This document shows positions 21,518 through 31,839 of a DNA stretch of 64,000 nucleotides, one piece after another. Origin of the DNA: Terriglobia bacterium. GTDB lineage: Bacteria > Acidobacteriota > Terriglobia > 20CM-2-55-15. The translations under genes and the position numbers were made by a program. The stretch's first letter is position 1. Each line of letters starts with the position of its first letter. A model generated the notes under the pieces. The model worked only from the letters and a program-made list of their open reading frames with translations. It had not been told where the DNA came from and did not search any database. The DNA is taken from the NCBI GenBank assembly GCA_965198225.1, contig CBDAOY010000005.1, forward strand, positions 800,001-864,000. Direction: 5' to 3'.

Positions 21518-21721
21518 TCAATATATCTCCGGATAAATGTCGAAGAATGCTTCGAGACTTTGAGCGAGTTGCTTCTGGATACTGCTCGGGTCTCCGTTAA
21601 GCAAGTGCATGCTGACACGGGCAGTCTTCCCGTTTTTTAACTTAACAACCGCATCCTCGACAGCATCCAGATCCTCAGTTGGCAACAGCCGCAAACCATA
21701 GATCAAAGCCAAATCAGCCAT
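21518..21721 (-). CDS. Small hypothetical protein (67 aa)
   Basis: ATG with GGAGAAGG RBS, natural-looking composition, adjacent to the peptidase gene. Confidence 0.6.
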   Translation of the reverse strand: MADLALIYGLRLLPTEDLDAVEDAVVKLKNGKTARVSMHLLNGDPSSIQKQLAQSLEAFFDIYPEIY

Positions 21722-22105
21722 ACCTTCTCCTCAATTTCTGCCGACGGTCGCAACGCAATCGACACCCCACCGTCTGGGCTCAAAAAGGTTGTTTAGACTC
21801 GACGGACTTGGGCCTCAGTTCATGCGACCGTCAACATGTCGCCCATTGATGAAGTGGGTGCAGTGGACCGCAGCCATTGGATGCTCAATATGGCGGCCAA
21901 AGTGGTCTGGTTTGTCGCATAGCGGATGTTCCGGTTGATCGACCATATCGTGCGACCTCATTTGCTGGCAGTGAGGACGCCGTAAAACAGCTAGGAGCGC
22001 GTCGATCTATTAGACACTGGCAAGCGGCGCGTTCCAAGGATCTCACGTTTCCAACTTCATATCCCACGGGATTGCGGTCTGAATTGGGGGTAACATAAAG
22101 CGCCT

Positions 22106-24850
22106 ATGATCGCAGTCTTTCTTGCTCTCTTTGCCGGGCTCACAGTCCACCTGCCCCAGTCGGTCGCGGACCTGACGCTCGTCGTTGTCGACGATTCAGG
22201 GAAGGTTGTCTATAAACTTCCGGCGCCCGAACCCGGCGAATACAGCTTCGACCTTGCCGACGGCGCCTACACGATCCGCGCGATGGTTCGAGACACCGTC
22301 CTCGCGTCGGTTCCCGAGATCAAGGTTCCCGAGATCCTGTCGATCGAGGTGACCTTCCCGCAGGGCGCCGGAGCGGCCGAGGCTGCGAACCGGCCCGCTC
22401 CCACAGGTGCGCGTCGCAATCAGAACATCCAGGTCAACCTGGTCGACAACCAGGAGCTGACAGAGTCTCTCGGCCGGCAGGGAGCGCAGGTTTCCCCGAT
22501 CACGGAGTTCAGTGCGGCCCAGGGCAACTACGCCATCGAGCTGGGCGGCATCGGTCGCCAACCGCAGATACTGCGCGCCGCGAGGGCGAGCGGAATGCGC
22601 GGAGAATTCTACGGGACGCACAACAACAACATCCTGAACGCGCGGACGTTCTTCCAGGTGGGGGACGTCAAGCCGTCCCGGCGAAATCAATACGGTTTCC
22701 GCATCGGAGGGCCCCTGGGCTCGGACCGTCTCTCGTTCCTGCTGACGTTGGAGGAGACACGCGAGTCCGGCTTTGTGAACGGGAACGTTCTTGTGCCCAT
22801 GCCGGGCGACCGCACGGCCCTGGCCGAAGACCCGGCGATCCGCGCGCTCATACAGAGTTGGCTCGACGCCTATCCGGTGGAGGCGCCGAACCGGCCCGAG
22901 ATCGACCCGAACCTCCTGAACACCAATGCCCTTCAGGTCGTCCACAACACCGGGGGCTCGTTCCGGATGGACTGGGAAGCGGACCCGGGACGCCGCTTCT
23001 CGGCGCGGTACTCGCTGAACGACAACTTCATCGATTCCTTTGAGTTTGTTGTCGGCCAGAACCCGAATCAACGATTGAAGCCACAGACGGCGAGTTTGGC
23101 GTGGGAGGAGGCGCTTTCCCCCCAGACCACACTGCGGGTCGGCGTGAATTACGTCCGCGCCAACGTCGATGTCCTCGTGCCCCCGGGCTCGGTGGGTCAG
23201 TGGGTTCACTTCGGCCGGGACTTCGAGCATCTTGGCCCCTCATGGGATTTCCCAATTCACCGGGCCGACAACAGCTTCCAGTACCTTGTCGCCGGGGCCA
23301 CTAGTCTTGGCCGCCACCAGTTCGACTGGGGCGCCGAGGTCATCCGGACGCAGGCCAACGAGTTCCAGGCCGACGGATCGCGCGGGATGATGCAGTTCGG
23401 CAACAACTACGGCCGTTCTGCGATCGACAACTTCCGACACGGGGCGCCGTCGCGCTATTCGATCGTGATCGGCGAGCTCTACCGGGGGTTCCGGCGGTGG
23501 GATGTCCACGGGTACGTGAACGACCGGTTCGCGCTGACGCCGAACCTGACCGTGTCGCTCGGGCTGCGTTACGAGTTCGCGGGCAAGCCGACGGAAGTCA
23601 ACAACCTGACCGAGTTCCCCTACGATTCGGACGCGAACAACTTCGCCCCGCGAATCGGCCTGGCCTGGTCGCGCGCGCGGACGGTCGTCCGCGCAGGCTA
23701 CGGCATTGCTTACGGCAGGATATTTCCGGCCACGTACCGCGTCGGACGCCTCAACCCTCCGGCGGTCGTCCGGATCGACGCCAACTTCCCCGATCCGTCC
23801 ACCGCCGACGGCACCGGACCCAACCTGCTGGAGCCTCTGCGGGGTCTCGACGTGAGCGGGGCGAACGCGCGGTCCGCGCTCAATCTGCTCTACCCCGACC
23901 TGGTCACGCCCTACATGCAGCAGTACGCGCTGGAGATCGAACAGGAGCTGGCGGGCGATTTCAAAGTCACGGCGGCGTACGCCGGCAGCCGCATGTGGAA
24001 GCTGATCCGAAACACGCGCTCGAACCGCGCACGGCGCGTCGACGGCGTACCCACGAAAACCAGCACGATCAACCTCCGGCGCCCAGACTCCCGATTCCTC
24101 TCGGTCGGGCAGATGCGGAACGGCGCGCGCGCCTATTTCGATGCGGCGCAGCTGCGCTTCGAGAAGGTCATGGGGCAGGGCTTCTTCCGCGGGACGTACA
24201 CTTTCAGCAAGGCCCTCGATACCGGCGCCGATTTCTCCTCGACGGCTGTCGGGAAGGACGAACAGCGAGCCCAGATCGAGGCTCTGGCCGACATCGATCT
24301 GAAGCAGCACAGCCGCTTCGACGCTCCCCACGCGTTCACACTGGCATACGCCCATCGCCTGCCGCGCTGGCTCGGCGGCCTGACGCTGTCCGGCTCGACG
24401 ATCCTCAAGGACGGCACGCCGTTTAACGTCGAAACCGGGACCGACGCACCGCCGTTCGGCAACGCGGACGGCGAGCGGAGCGACCGCCCGTCGATCCTCG
24501 ATATCAGCATCCTGGGAGCGAGCGTCGACGATCCCGACACGGCGCTCAGCATCCTGCGCCGGGACGCCTTCGACGCGGAAGCCGGGTTCCGAGAAGGCCA
24601 CGGCAACTTGGCCCGGGGGGCGTTCCGGAAGGACGGGACAACGAACTTCAACGTCGGTGTGTCGCGCGCCTTCGCGCTTTCCTCCGATCAGACCCGGACG
24701 CTGCTCATCCGAACCGAGTTGATCAACGCGTTCAACCACCCGCAGTTCGACAGCCCGAACTCGAACCTCACCTCCCCGTCGTTCGGACAGATCACCAACA
24801 CACTGAACGACGGCCGGATCATCCAGGTCCACGTTCGCTTCAGTTTTTAG
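22106..24850 (+). CDS. TonB-dependent receptor, Oar/Acidobacteria type
   Basis: LNARTFF, RRNQYGFRIGGPL, TVSLGLRYE, NNFAPRIGLAW, NAFNHPQF, FGQIT, C-terminal F. Confidence 0.88.
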   Translation: MIAVFLALFAGLTVHLPQSVADLTLVVVDDSGKVVYKLPAPEPGEYSFDLADGAYTIRAMVRDTVLASVPEIKVPEILSIEVTFPQGAGAAEAANRPAPTGARRNQNIQVNLVDNQELTESLGRQGAQVSPITEFSAAQGNYAIELGGIGRQPQILRAARASGMRGEFYGTHNNNILNARTFFQVGDVKPSRRNQYGFRIGGPLGSDRLSFLLTLEETRESGFVNGNVLVPMPGDRTALAEDPAIRALIQSWLDAYPVEAPNRPEIDPNLLNTNALQVVHNTGGSFRMDWEADPGRRFSARYSLNDNFIDSFEFVVGQNPNQRLKPQTASLAWEEALSPQTTLRVGVNYVRANVDVLVPPGSVGQWVHFGRDFEHLGPSWDFPIHRADNSFQYLVAGATSLGRHQFDWGAEVIRTQANEFQADGSRGMMQFGNNYGRSAIDNFRHGAPSRYSIVIGELYRGFRRWDVHGYVNDRFALTPNLTVSLGLRYEFAGKPTEVNNLTEFPYDSDANNFAPRIGLAWSRARTVVRAGYGIAYGRIFPATYRVGRLNPPAVVRIDANFPDPSTADGTGPNLLEPLRGLDVSGANARSALNLLYPDLVTPYMQQYALEIEQELAGDFKVTAAYAGSRMWKLIRNTRSNRARRVDGVPTKTSTINLRRPDSRFLSVGQMRNGARAYFDAAQLRFEKVMGQGFFRGTYTFSKALDTGADFSSTAVGKDEQRAQIEALADIDLKQHSRFDAPHAFTLAYAHRLPRWLGGLTLSGSTILKDGTPFNVETGTDAPPFGNADGERSDRPSILDISILGASVDDPDTALSILRRDAFDAEAGFREGHGNLARGAFRKDGTTNFNVGVSRAFALSSDQTRTLLIRTELINAFNHPQFDSPNSNLTSPSFGQITNTLNDGRIIQVHVRFSF

Positions 24851-25114
24851 GAACGCCGCTTCGTCCGCCGGAGCGAGCATCACCGTGACAGGTTCAGCGG
24901 AACCGCAGGCCAGGCCTCGTCGGGAACACTCACTTTTACCGATGCGTCCGGTCAACCGCTGGCTCTACCCATCACCCGAGCCCAACCCTGAGAGGCTAGG
25001 GCGTGTGTGGAACAACGGCCAGCGGATAGCCGTGGCCGGCCGGCAAGGCAGGGGTGCCCACTGGAGAAGCCGCAGTCAAGGCGGCGTGTTGTCGTTCTGG
25101 AGCCGGACAATAGT

Positions 25115-25260
25115 TACCTGAACCGCCCCGGGTTTTCCGGCGTACTGGTCGTAGAGAATGACGTTGTCCCATTCGATCGGGCTGACGTGCTGGAGCAGGG
25201 TTGCGTCAATGCCTTCCTTGGTGACAGCCCTCGTTCACACCGTCCGCGTGAGTTGCTTGG
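25115..25260 (-). pseudogene. Tn3-family transposase extreme C-terminal remnant
   Basis: HVSPIEWDNVILYDQY motif on the minus strand. Confidence 0.55.
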
Positions 25261-25312
25261 CTAGCCAATTGGCTTCGAGACGGAAAGAGCATGGCCAGGT
25301 GTCTACCTTTTC

Positions 25313-25936
25313 TTGGACGCCGCCTTGAAAACCGTCGCTTACCTCCGCGTCTCCACTCGTTCGCAGGACCTCGCCAACCAGAAGCTGGCGATCCTCGAGT
25401 TCAGCCAGAAACGCCGATTCCCGATCGACCAATTCATCGAGTCCCGGATCTCGTCGCGCAAGAGTCCGCTCGAGCGCCGCATTGACGAGATGTTGGGGAC
25501 GCTTCAGCCCGGCGACCGTCTGCTGGTCAGCGAGTTGTCGCGGCTCGGCCGCAGCCTCTCTCAGGTGATCCAGCTCGTGGAGACCCTGGTCCGGCGCAAG
25601 ATCCGCTTCATCGCCATCAAGGAGGCGATCGAGTTCGACGGCAAGCAGGACCTGCGGACTAAGGTGATGATCGCGCTGTTCGGATTGTTTGCCGAGGTCG
25701 AGCGGGACCTGATCTCAGAACGGACCAAGGAAGGACTCGCCTCTGCCAAAGCCAAGGGGAAACGGCTCGGCCGACCCAAGGGGGCCTTGGGAACATCCAG
25801 GCTCGACGGCAAGGAGCAAGACATCCGGGCGCTGTTGGGCAAGGATGTCTCCAAGGCCTCGATCGCCAAGATCCTGAACGTCTCCCGCTCCGCCCTCTAC
25901 CACTTTATCGAGACCCGCAAGATCGCTCCGGGCTGA
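25313..25936 (+). CDS. Serine recombinase/resolvase
   Basis: AYLRVST, VSELSRLGRS, AEVERDLISERTKEGL, LGRP, C-terminal HTH; exact start uncertain. Confidence 0.92.
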   Translation: MDAALKTVAYLRVSTRSQDLANQKLAILEFSQKRRFPIDQFIESRISSRKSPLERRIDEMLGTLQPGDRLLVSELSRLGRSLSQVIQLVETLVRRKIRFIAIKEAIEFDGKQDLRTKVMIALFGLFAEVERDLISERTKEGLASAKAKGKRLGRPKGALGTSRLDGKEQDIRALLGKDVSKASIAKILNVSRSALYHFIETRKIAPG

Positions 25937-25973
25937 CCCCAAGGCTCGGACCGCACTTATGTTGTATTTCAAC

Positions 25974-26166
25974 GTGCACCGTGAGAAGGCGCCAATCCTC
26001 AGCGGGTGCGAATCCCGCCCGGCAACTGTCGCTCCAGTCGGTAGCAATCGGAGCGGATGGTGGAGGTAACAACATCGTCTGAAGCACTCCGATGACAAAG
26101 GGCCGCCTCGGGCGGCTCAGCGACCACACAGGCCACAACGCGAGTAAACGCCGAGCAGGCCTCGTA
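25974..26166 (+). pseudogene. 5' fragment (domain I) of an intron-1-family group II intron
   Basis: GTGCACCGTGAGAAGGCGCC... closely similar to 10698-10888; cut by IS110 end. Confidence 0.85.
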
Positions 26167-27304
26167 TGTGGACGCCCCCCTGGTTGGCAAGCCTGACTTC
26201 GAACCGAGGATCGGTGGCATTCAGGTCAGGTACGGTCGTATGTGCGGCCTCTTGATGCGGCACTTGCTGGCCGCGGGCCCGTATGGTGTTCGTGAGATCG
26301 GATCCAAATCGAAACGACGGGCTCGATGGCCCTTCGAGGCCTACTGGTTTTTCCGATCCCGTCTTGTCGACCGTTTGCCCCTACCTTGTCCGACGTCCTG
26401 CTTGCACTCTCCAGTTGGAACCTCCGTGGCCCGTGTCCATCCGCCCAGGCTGCCAGCCGAACGAGTTCCTCTCTCTTCTCCGCGTTTCTGATCTCGCCGA
26501 CCCTTCTTCGCTCCACTGATCTGACTCGCAACCCTACGCTGTAGCCGCAACGGCCTTTGTCATTCCCCGTGCCCTGTAGCTCTCCACCTTCACCGTCATG
26601 GCCCAGATGATGCGTGCCATCCTGTTGGCCAGAGCCACCGCAACCACCTTCCTCGGCTTTTCGTCCAGCATCCGGCCAAGCCAGGGATCGGGGACCTCCC
26701 TCCGCCGGATGGCACTCGAGATGACCGCCGTCGCCCCCAGGCACAGGAGCCTCCGGATGTCGCGCTGTCCCATCTTTGTGATCCCCCCCAGCCGTTGGCG
26801 ACCACCCGTCGAGGATTCACGCGGCGTGATCCCGACCCATGCCGCAAAGTCACGTCCATTACGGAAGCTCTCCATTGGTGGCGCGAACGCGTGCACCGCC
26901 ATTGCCGTGAGCTCTCCCACCCCTGGGATCGTCATCAGGCGCCCGAGCGCCTCATCTTCCCTCACGATGTGCCGGATCTCCCGGTCCAGCTCATCGATCT
27001 CCGCATCCAGATCGTGGGTCCGCTCGATGAGGCGGCGTATAGCGGGAGGCACCAGCGCCGGGAAACACTCTTCACGCTCCGCGAACACCTCCTCCAGCCT
27101 CCCGACGTTGTGGGTCCCAAGCGGAGCGACGAGTCCGAACTCCGCGAGATGACCCCGCAGCGCGTTGATCGTCTGTGTCCGCTGGTGCACCAGCATTGCC
27201 CGGGCCCGGAACACCACCGATCGTGCCTGCTCCTCCTCGGTCTTCACGGCCACGAACCGCATCGTCGGCCGCTGGGCCGCCTCGACGATCGCTCCCGCGT
27301 CGTT
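26165..27304 (-). mobile_element. IS110/IS1111-type element, 5'-truncated; recombinase 26534-27304 plus downstream non-coding region
   Basis: MRFVAVKT, NALRGHLAEFG, TIPGVG, SSTGG, VALANRMARI; right end GGGGGCGTCCACATA. Confidence 0.88.
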
Positions 27305-27342
27305 GGGGTCATCGCAAGGTTTGTACCTGAAATTACTCTAAG
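27305..27342 (+). repeat. Tn3-family 38-bp terminal IR
   Basis: GGGGTCATCGCAAGGTTTGTACCTGAAATTACTCTAAG (38 bp); truncates the IS110 gene. Confidence 0.75.
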
Positions 27343-27349
27343 GGAGGAT

Positions 27350-27738
27350 CTGGCGAATAATTGGACTGCGGAGCCTCGTTGATCAATCCGATCAGGATGC
27401 TGCGGCCCTCGTCGGTATGGAATGCCGCCCGGGCGGCGAGATCAATCGCCGTTCCCCTGTCGTCGGGCACGAAGGGCCGCAGCCCAAGGTGCCGGATGGC
27501 CAACTGCCTGTGGGACGAACGCGTCGCGTTCCGGGTGCCGTAACCAGCCAGGGCCGAGGTGACGAAGAAGCGCGATATGAATCGCCAATCCAAGCCGGTT
27601 TTCAGCGCTTCTCCGCGTGCAGATCAGATCCAGATCGTCATCGGCCAGAACGTAATTCCGTTCCAGCGAGGCGGTGTCGGAGAGAACCCCGAACAAGGTT
27701 TCGCGAACGGAGGCCGACACTAGATGTCGTGAAGCCAT
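27350..27738 (-). pseudogene. Tn3-family transposase N-terminal (DUF4158-like) remnant
   Basis: YVLADDDLDLICTRRSAENRLGLAIHIALLRH. Confidence 0.7.
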
Positions 27739-27864
27739 GGCATGTCCCAAAAATGCTGGGGTCTATTTTGAGACTGCCCATAATATAGAAACGAATAAAG
27801 AGACACTTCGAAAGCCCGGAATGGAGGTGAAATGGCCCATCCTGAAACCGTCCCTGAAACGAAC

Positions 27865-29580
27865 CAGACTGTGTGAAAAGTCCAAGTCGTGGATCGCTGA
27901 TCCGGCAACACCGAAGGGCAAGCACGATGACGGACCCGTGGCGACGCAGATCACTCGGGGCTGCCAGCCTTTTCGGTGGCGTGAGGTGTTGCTGTGACTG
28001 GGAAACGCGGGATGGAGGCGGATTGTTGCGCCAAAAACAGGCGGATTACCCGGTCAAACCGCTGCGACGGCAATCAAGGCGGGAATTCCTACGAGGTTGA
28101 TTGCGCGGCGCATGTTGTAGGCCAAGGCGGTGAGGCTGAACTCCCCGCGGACATTGCCGAGTCGGCGCGTCAGGAACGCGCCTTGGCCCATCCACTGCTT
28201 GATCGAACCGAAGGGATGCTCGACCGACTCCCGGCGACGATCCATCACCTCGGGCCGGGCGGCGAGACGGTTCGCCATGCGCTCCATCGTTGCTTCGTTC
28301 TCGAAGCGCGTGATGCGCCGATAGGTGTTCTTGGTACATCGTTCGCGTAGACCGCAGCCTCTGCATGCGGCGCGGTTGGCGTAACTGACAAGATACGTGC
28401 CTGTGCGCGACTTACCGACGCTTCCGCGATACAACGGCACCAGGCGCTCACCAGCGGGGCACCGGTAGGTGTCCGTGGAGTCGTCGTATTGGAAATCGGA
28501 CTTCGGAAAGTGGCCACTGCGTCTGGCCGTGCTCCGGTCGGGCTTCGGAACGTAGGGCGTGATCCCGGCGGCTTCGCAGTCCTCAATGTCTTCGATCTTG
28601 TAGTAGCCTCGGTCCGCGACCGCGTCGATCTCGTCGACAGCCAAGTTCTCCCGAGCCGCTGTGGCCGTCTCCGCGAGCAGACCGAGGTCCGAGACCTTGC
28701 TATGGACCTGCTGTTCGGCGATCAGGTTGTGCTCAGTGTCGACAGCGATCTGGACGTTGTAGCCGACTCCGACCCGTGTCCCGGAATGCATTGACCGGGA
28801 GTCCGGATCCGTAAGCGACAGCTGGGCTTCTCCGGTATCGTCCAGCGTCTGCCGATGCCCCTCCAAGGTCTCCTTTCTCTTACGGATCGATGCGATCTTC
28901 TCCTGAAGATCCGCCACGGCAGCCGCTCTGCCGCCGGCATCATCCGCGTCGGCCTCGTTCACCTGGTCGAGGTAGCGGTCGAGTCGGTCGTCGATACGCT
29001 GCAGGTCCGTCTTCAGCTTGGCCCGCGTGAAGTTGCGGTCCCGGTGGTTCACCGCCTTGATGCGCGTGCCGTCCACGGCGATCAACTCCCGCCCGTACAG
29101 GTCGAGTTCCCGGCACAACCGCACGAACCGCCGAAACACCGCCCGGAACGCATGCCGATTGTCGCGCCGGAAGTCGGCGATCGTCTTGAAGTCGGGCTTC
29201 AGCTGGCGTAGCAGCCAGATCGCCTCGAGGTTGCGATGCGTCTCTGTCTCCAGCCTGCGGCTCGACCGAATACGATTCAGATACCCGTAGATATACAGCT
29301 TCAGCAGATCCGCGGGATCGTAGCCTGGACGGCCCTTGTCGTTGGGCCGAACGCGCTGGAATCCAGCCGCCTCAAGGTCGAGACCGTCGACGAATGCATC
29401 AATGAAACGGACCGGGTTGTCCGGTCCCACGTAGTCGTCCACAGTATCGGGCAGAAGCAGAAGCTGGGAACGGTCTTCACCGGTGATATGTGCCATGACA
29501 CATTTTACCAACCGCCATGGGGAACCTGATGCCAGTTCACCGACTCCCGCCCGGCTGTCGCCGACTTTTCACACAGTCTG
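27865..29580 (-). mobile_element. IS1182-family element, intact (transposase 28054-29511)
   Basis: IRs CAGACTGTGTGAAAAG / CTTTTCACACAGTCTG; 4-bp GAAC duplication; PDFKTIADFRR, AVDGTRI, VEHPFG. Confidence 0.95.
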
Positions 29581-29611
29581 GAACGTTAAAGAGACGGACG
29601 GCCCGGCCCGC

Positions 29612-30145
29612 AACGGTGACATCCTCGGTTATGCCCGGGTCTCGACTGCGGCACAGGATGCCGCCAGCCAGCAGGATCGGCTGCGGGAGGCCGGCGCCAT
29701 TCGCGTGTTCGTCGACGTGATTCTGGATGTTTACGAGGAGCCGGACGACGAGATACCCACCGACAGTGGAACGTACGACGAAACGTACTGGCGTGAAAGG
29801 TCCAAAGAGGCACTGGAAGCTGCCCAGTATCTTTTTGAGCTCACGAGTTCCGTCTACACCGATCCTGAACTGCGATACAACAAGATCGCAATCGTTATCC
29901 GATCTCGAATGCACGCGGGATATAACCAGTTATCTATACGAAAAGGTGCTGGAAAGAATGTGCTCTTGAGATTCAGATACGGCGCGAAGCGTGATGAGAT
30001 GCAGGAGTTGCTTGAATCTAACGGCATTAGCTTCCAAGAACGTCGATCCGCTTTCAGATTCCAAATGACAACGGAGATGGTCAAGAGCAAGCGCGAGATG
30101 CTTGAACAGATCGCTCGGCTGAACAAGGAATGGTGGACCCACTGA
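29612..30145 (+). pseudogene. Resolvase N-terminal fragment fused to unrelated C-terminal fragment
   Basis: GDILGYARVSTAAQD then an abrupt switch to lower-GC sequence. Confidence 0.6.
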
Positions 30146-30853
30146 CAAGAAGATGCGGCAGCCAGTCTCCTTTTGTTACACCATTCTGGGCGGGTCGGTG
30201 AAAGCGATCCGCGTCGGAATACGCATCCCAGTTGCGGCGGCGCGAGCCGAATGCCGGTTTCCTCGCCCTGGAGCGTGGCCGCGCCCATAAGCGAGCGGAA
30301 AAGCAGAGCGCAGACTCGATCGTCGATGCGGAAGTTGTGTTTGCGTGCTACTCGAGGATGGCGGGGGGGCAGAGTCGTAAAGATGGCCCCTTCGAATTGC
30401 AGTCCGATAACCGAGACTCCCTGATCGCAAGACATGGTCGCGGATCCTTCGCTGAAGCCGTCTGGTATGGGAATGGCCTCGTCTCGGTCACGCGCTTCAC
30501 TGCAAGTCCAATCCCCATTCCCGTTGGCGTCCCAGTACGCGAAATCGTCCTTCGTTTGTCCCTCCGCCGCCACCAATGCCCCGGCCGCCAGAGTCACACC
30601 CAGCACACGGGTCATTTTCCGAAGCTATGCCGCTGGCCAGGCTCGGTCAAGTAGGCGAGTATCTGTCATTGGGTTCTCCTTCGCTGCTGTGTTGCCTGAC
30701 CCATATCAATAGAGAAACAGAAGGGATTATTGGCTCCGCGCTGGATCGTTTTTGGCCCAGATCTCCCGATCCACCAGTTCACCGCCCGAGATCGCACACA
30801 AGGCACCACAATGATGTACGATAGAGTGTTCAACAAAAGAAAAGGACACGATC

Positions 30854-31141
30854 ATGGCTCAGGCGAACGTGACCAAGAGCGAGCGAGTAAATCTAAGGCT
30901 CAACGCGACGGCGAAGCTGCGGATCGAACGGGCGGCTTCGTTTGAAGGGAAAACCGTCAGCGGCTTTATTGTGTCGAGCGCCCTGGAAAACGCAGAGAAG
31001 GCCATCCAGAAGCACGAAACGATGGCTCTCGACCAGCGTGATGCCAAGCGCTTCTTCGATGTCATCATCAATCCGCCAGCCTTGAACAATAGACTCCGCA
31101 CGGCTATGGATGAGCATGGGAAACGCGTTGCCTCGCGATGA
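30854..31141 (+). CDS. DUF1778 (TacA/AtaR-like) antitoxin
   Basis: KSERVNLRL..IERAA..VSGFIV..F...NPP. Confidence 0.88.
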   Translation: MAQANVTKSERVNLRLNATAKLRIERAASFEGKTVSGFIVSSALENAEKAIQKHETMALDQRDAKRFFDVIINPPALNNRLRTAMDEHGKRVASR

Positions 31142-31641
31142 GAGACCTGGACGCGCTCATTATAGAGCCGCTCGGGAAGCGACATGACCGAGCGGCTTTT
31201 TCTTGTGGGCTTCCAGAATTAGACCGCTACCTTGCTCGGCAGGCTGGGCAGGATGTTCGTCGTCGTATTGCCAGGGTGTTTGTCTGCACTACCGATGGTT
31301 CCAATACCATCCTCGGCTTCTACACGTTGAGCGCCCTCGCGATAGACCTGAGTTCTCTACCCGAAGAGCTGTCTCGAAAGCTACCCCGACATCCGGTGCC
31401 CTGTGCCCTTATCGGTCGACTTGCTGTCGACCAGTCAGTACGGGGGCACGGTTTGGGGCGTATGCTTCTCGTCGATGCGATCAAGCGAACCATGGGCGCT
31501 AGTGACGTTATGGCAATCCATGCCGTGATCGTAGATGCCAAGAATAATGCAGCGAAACAGTTCTACGAGGTGTATGGTTTCGCCCCGATGCAGGACGATC
31601 CCATGCGGCTCTTTTTACCGCTCGGCTCGATCCCTCTTTAA
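31138..31641 (+). CDS. GNAT acetyltransferase toxin (TacT/AtaT-like)
   Basis: HDRAAFSCG..LDRYL, LIGRLAVD..GHGLG, VDAK..FYEVYGF; ATGA overlap. Confidence 0.9.
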   Translation: MRDLDALIIEPLGKRHDRAAFSCGLPELDRYLARQAGQDVRRRIARVFVCTTDGSNTILGFYTLSALAIDLSSLPEELSRKLPRHPVPCALIGRLAVDQSVRGHGLGRMLLVDAIKRTMGASDVMAIHAVIVDAKNNAAKQFYEVYGFAPMQDDPMRLFLPLGSIPL

Positions 31642-31839
31642 GATCACTCAATTTCTGACCTAGGAGCCTGCGCCGTAGGAGGATTTTCGACTCGGCGACT
31701 TACGCGAGATGGCGATCAATCGGCATCGGTGACCGGGGAATGGGCGTTTTGGACGACGCCGCGCCGCTGGGTGCGCCACAGGTGCTTGAATCGGCCCTCG
31801 TTCAGCCTGATTTGCGGGCGGTATGCCTGTCATCAGGCT

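Noticed and set aside
23240-24955. Long antisense ORFs (also 49735-51267, 57724-58983, 58937-60451, 56734-57690)
   Set aside because: Shadow frames of high-GC genes with no recognisable motifs.
27758-27800. GGGGTC-initiated sequence as another Tn3 IR
   Set aside because: It lacks the TAAG end at position 38; more likely part of the res/promoter region.
29854-30660. Possible secreted protein (YWDANGNGD..., VSVIGLQF)
   Set aside because: Looks like short joined fragments; no coherent gene can be supported.
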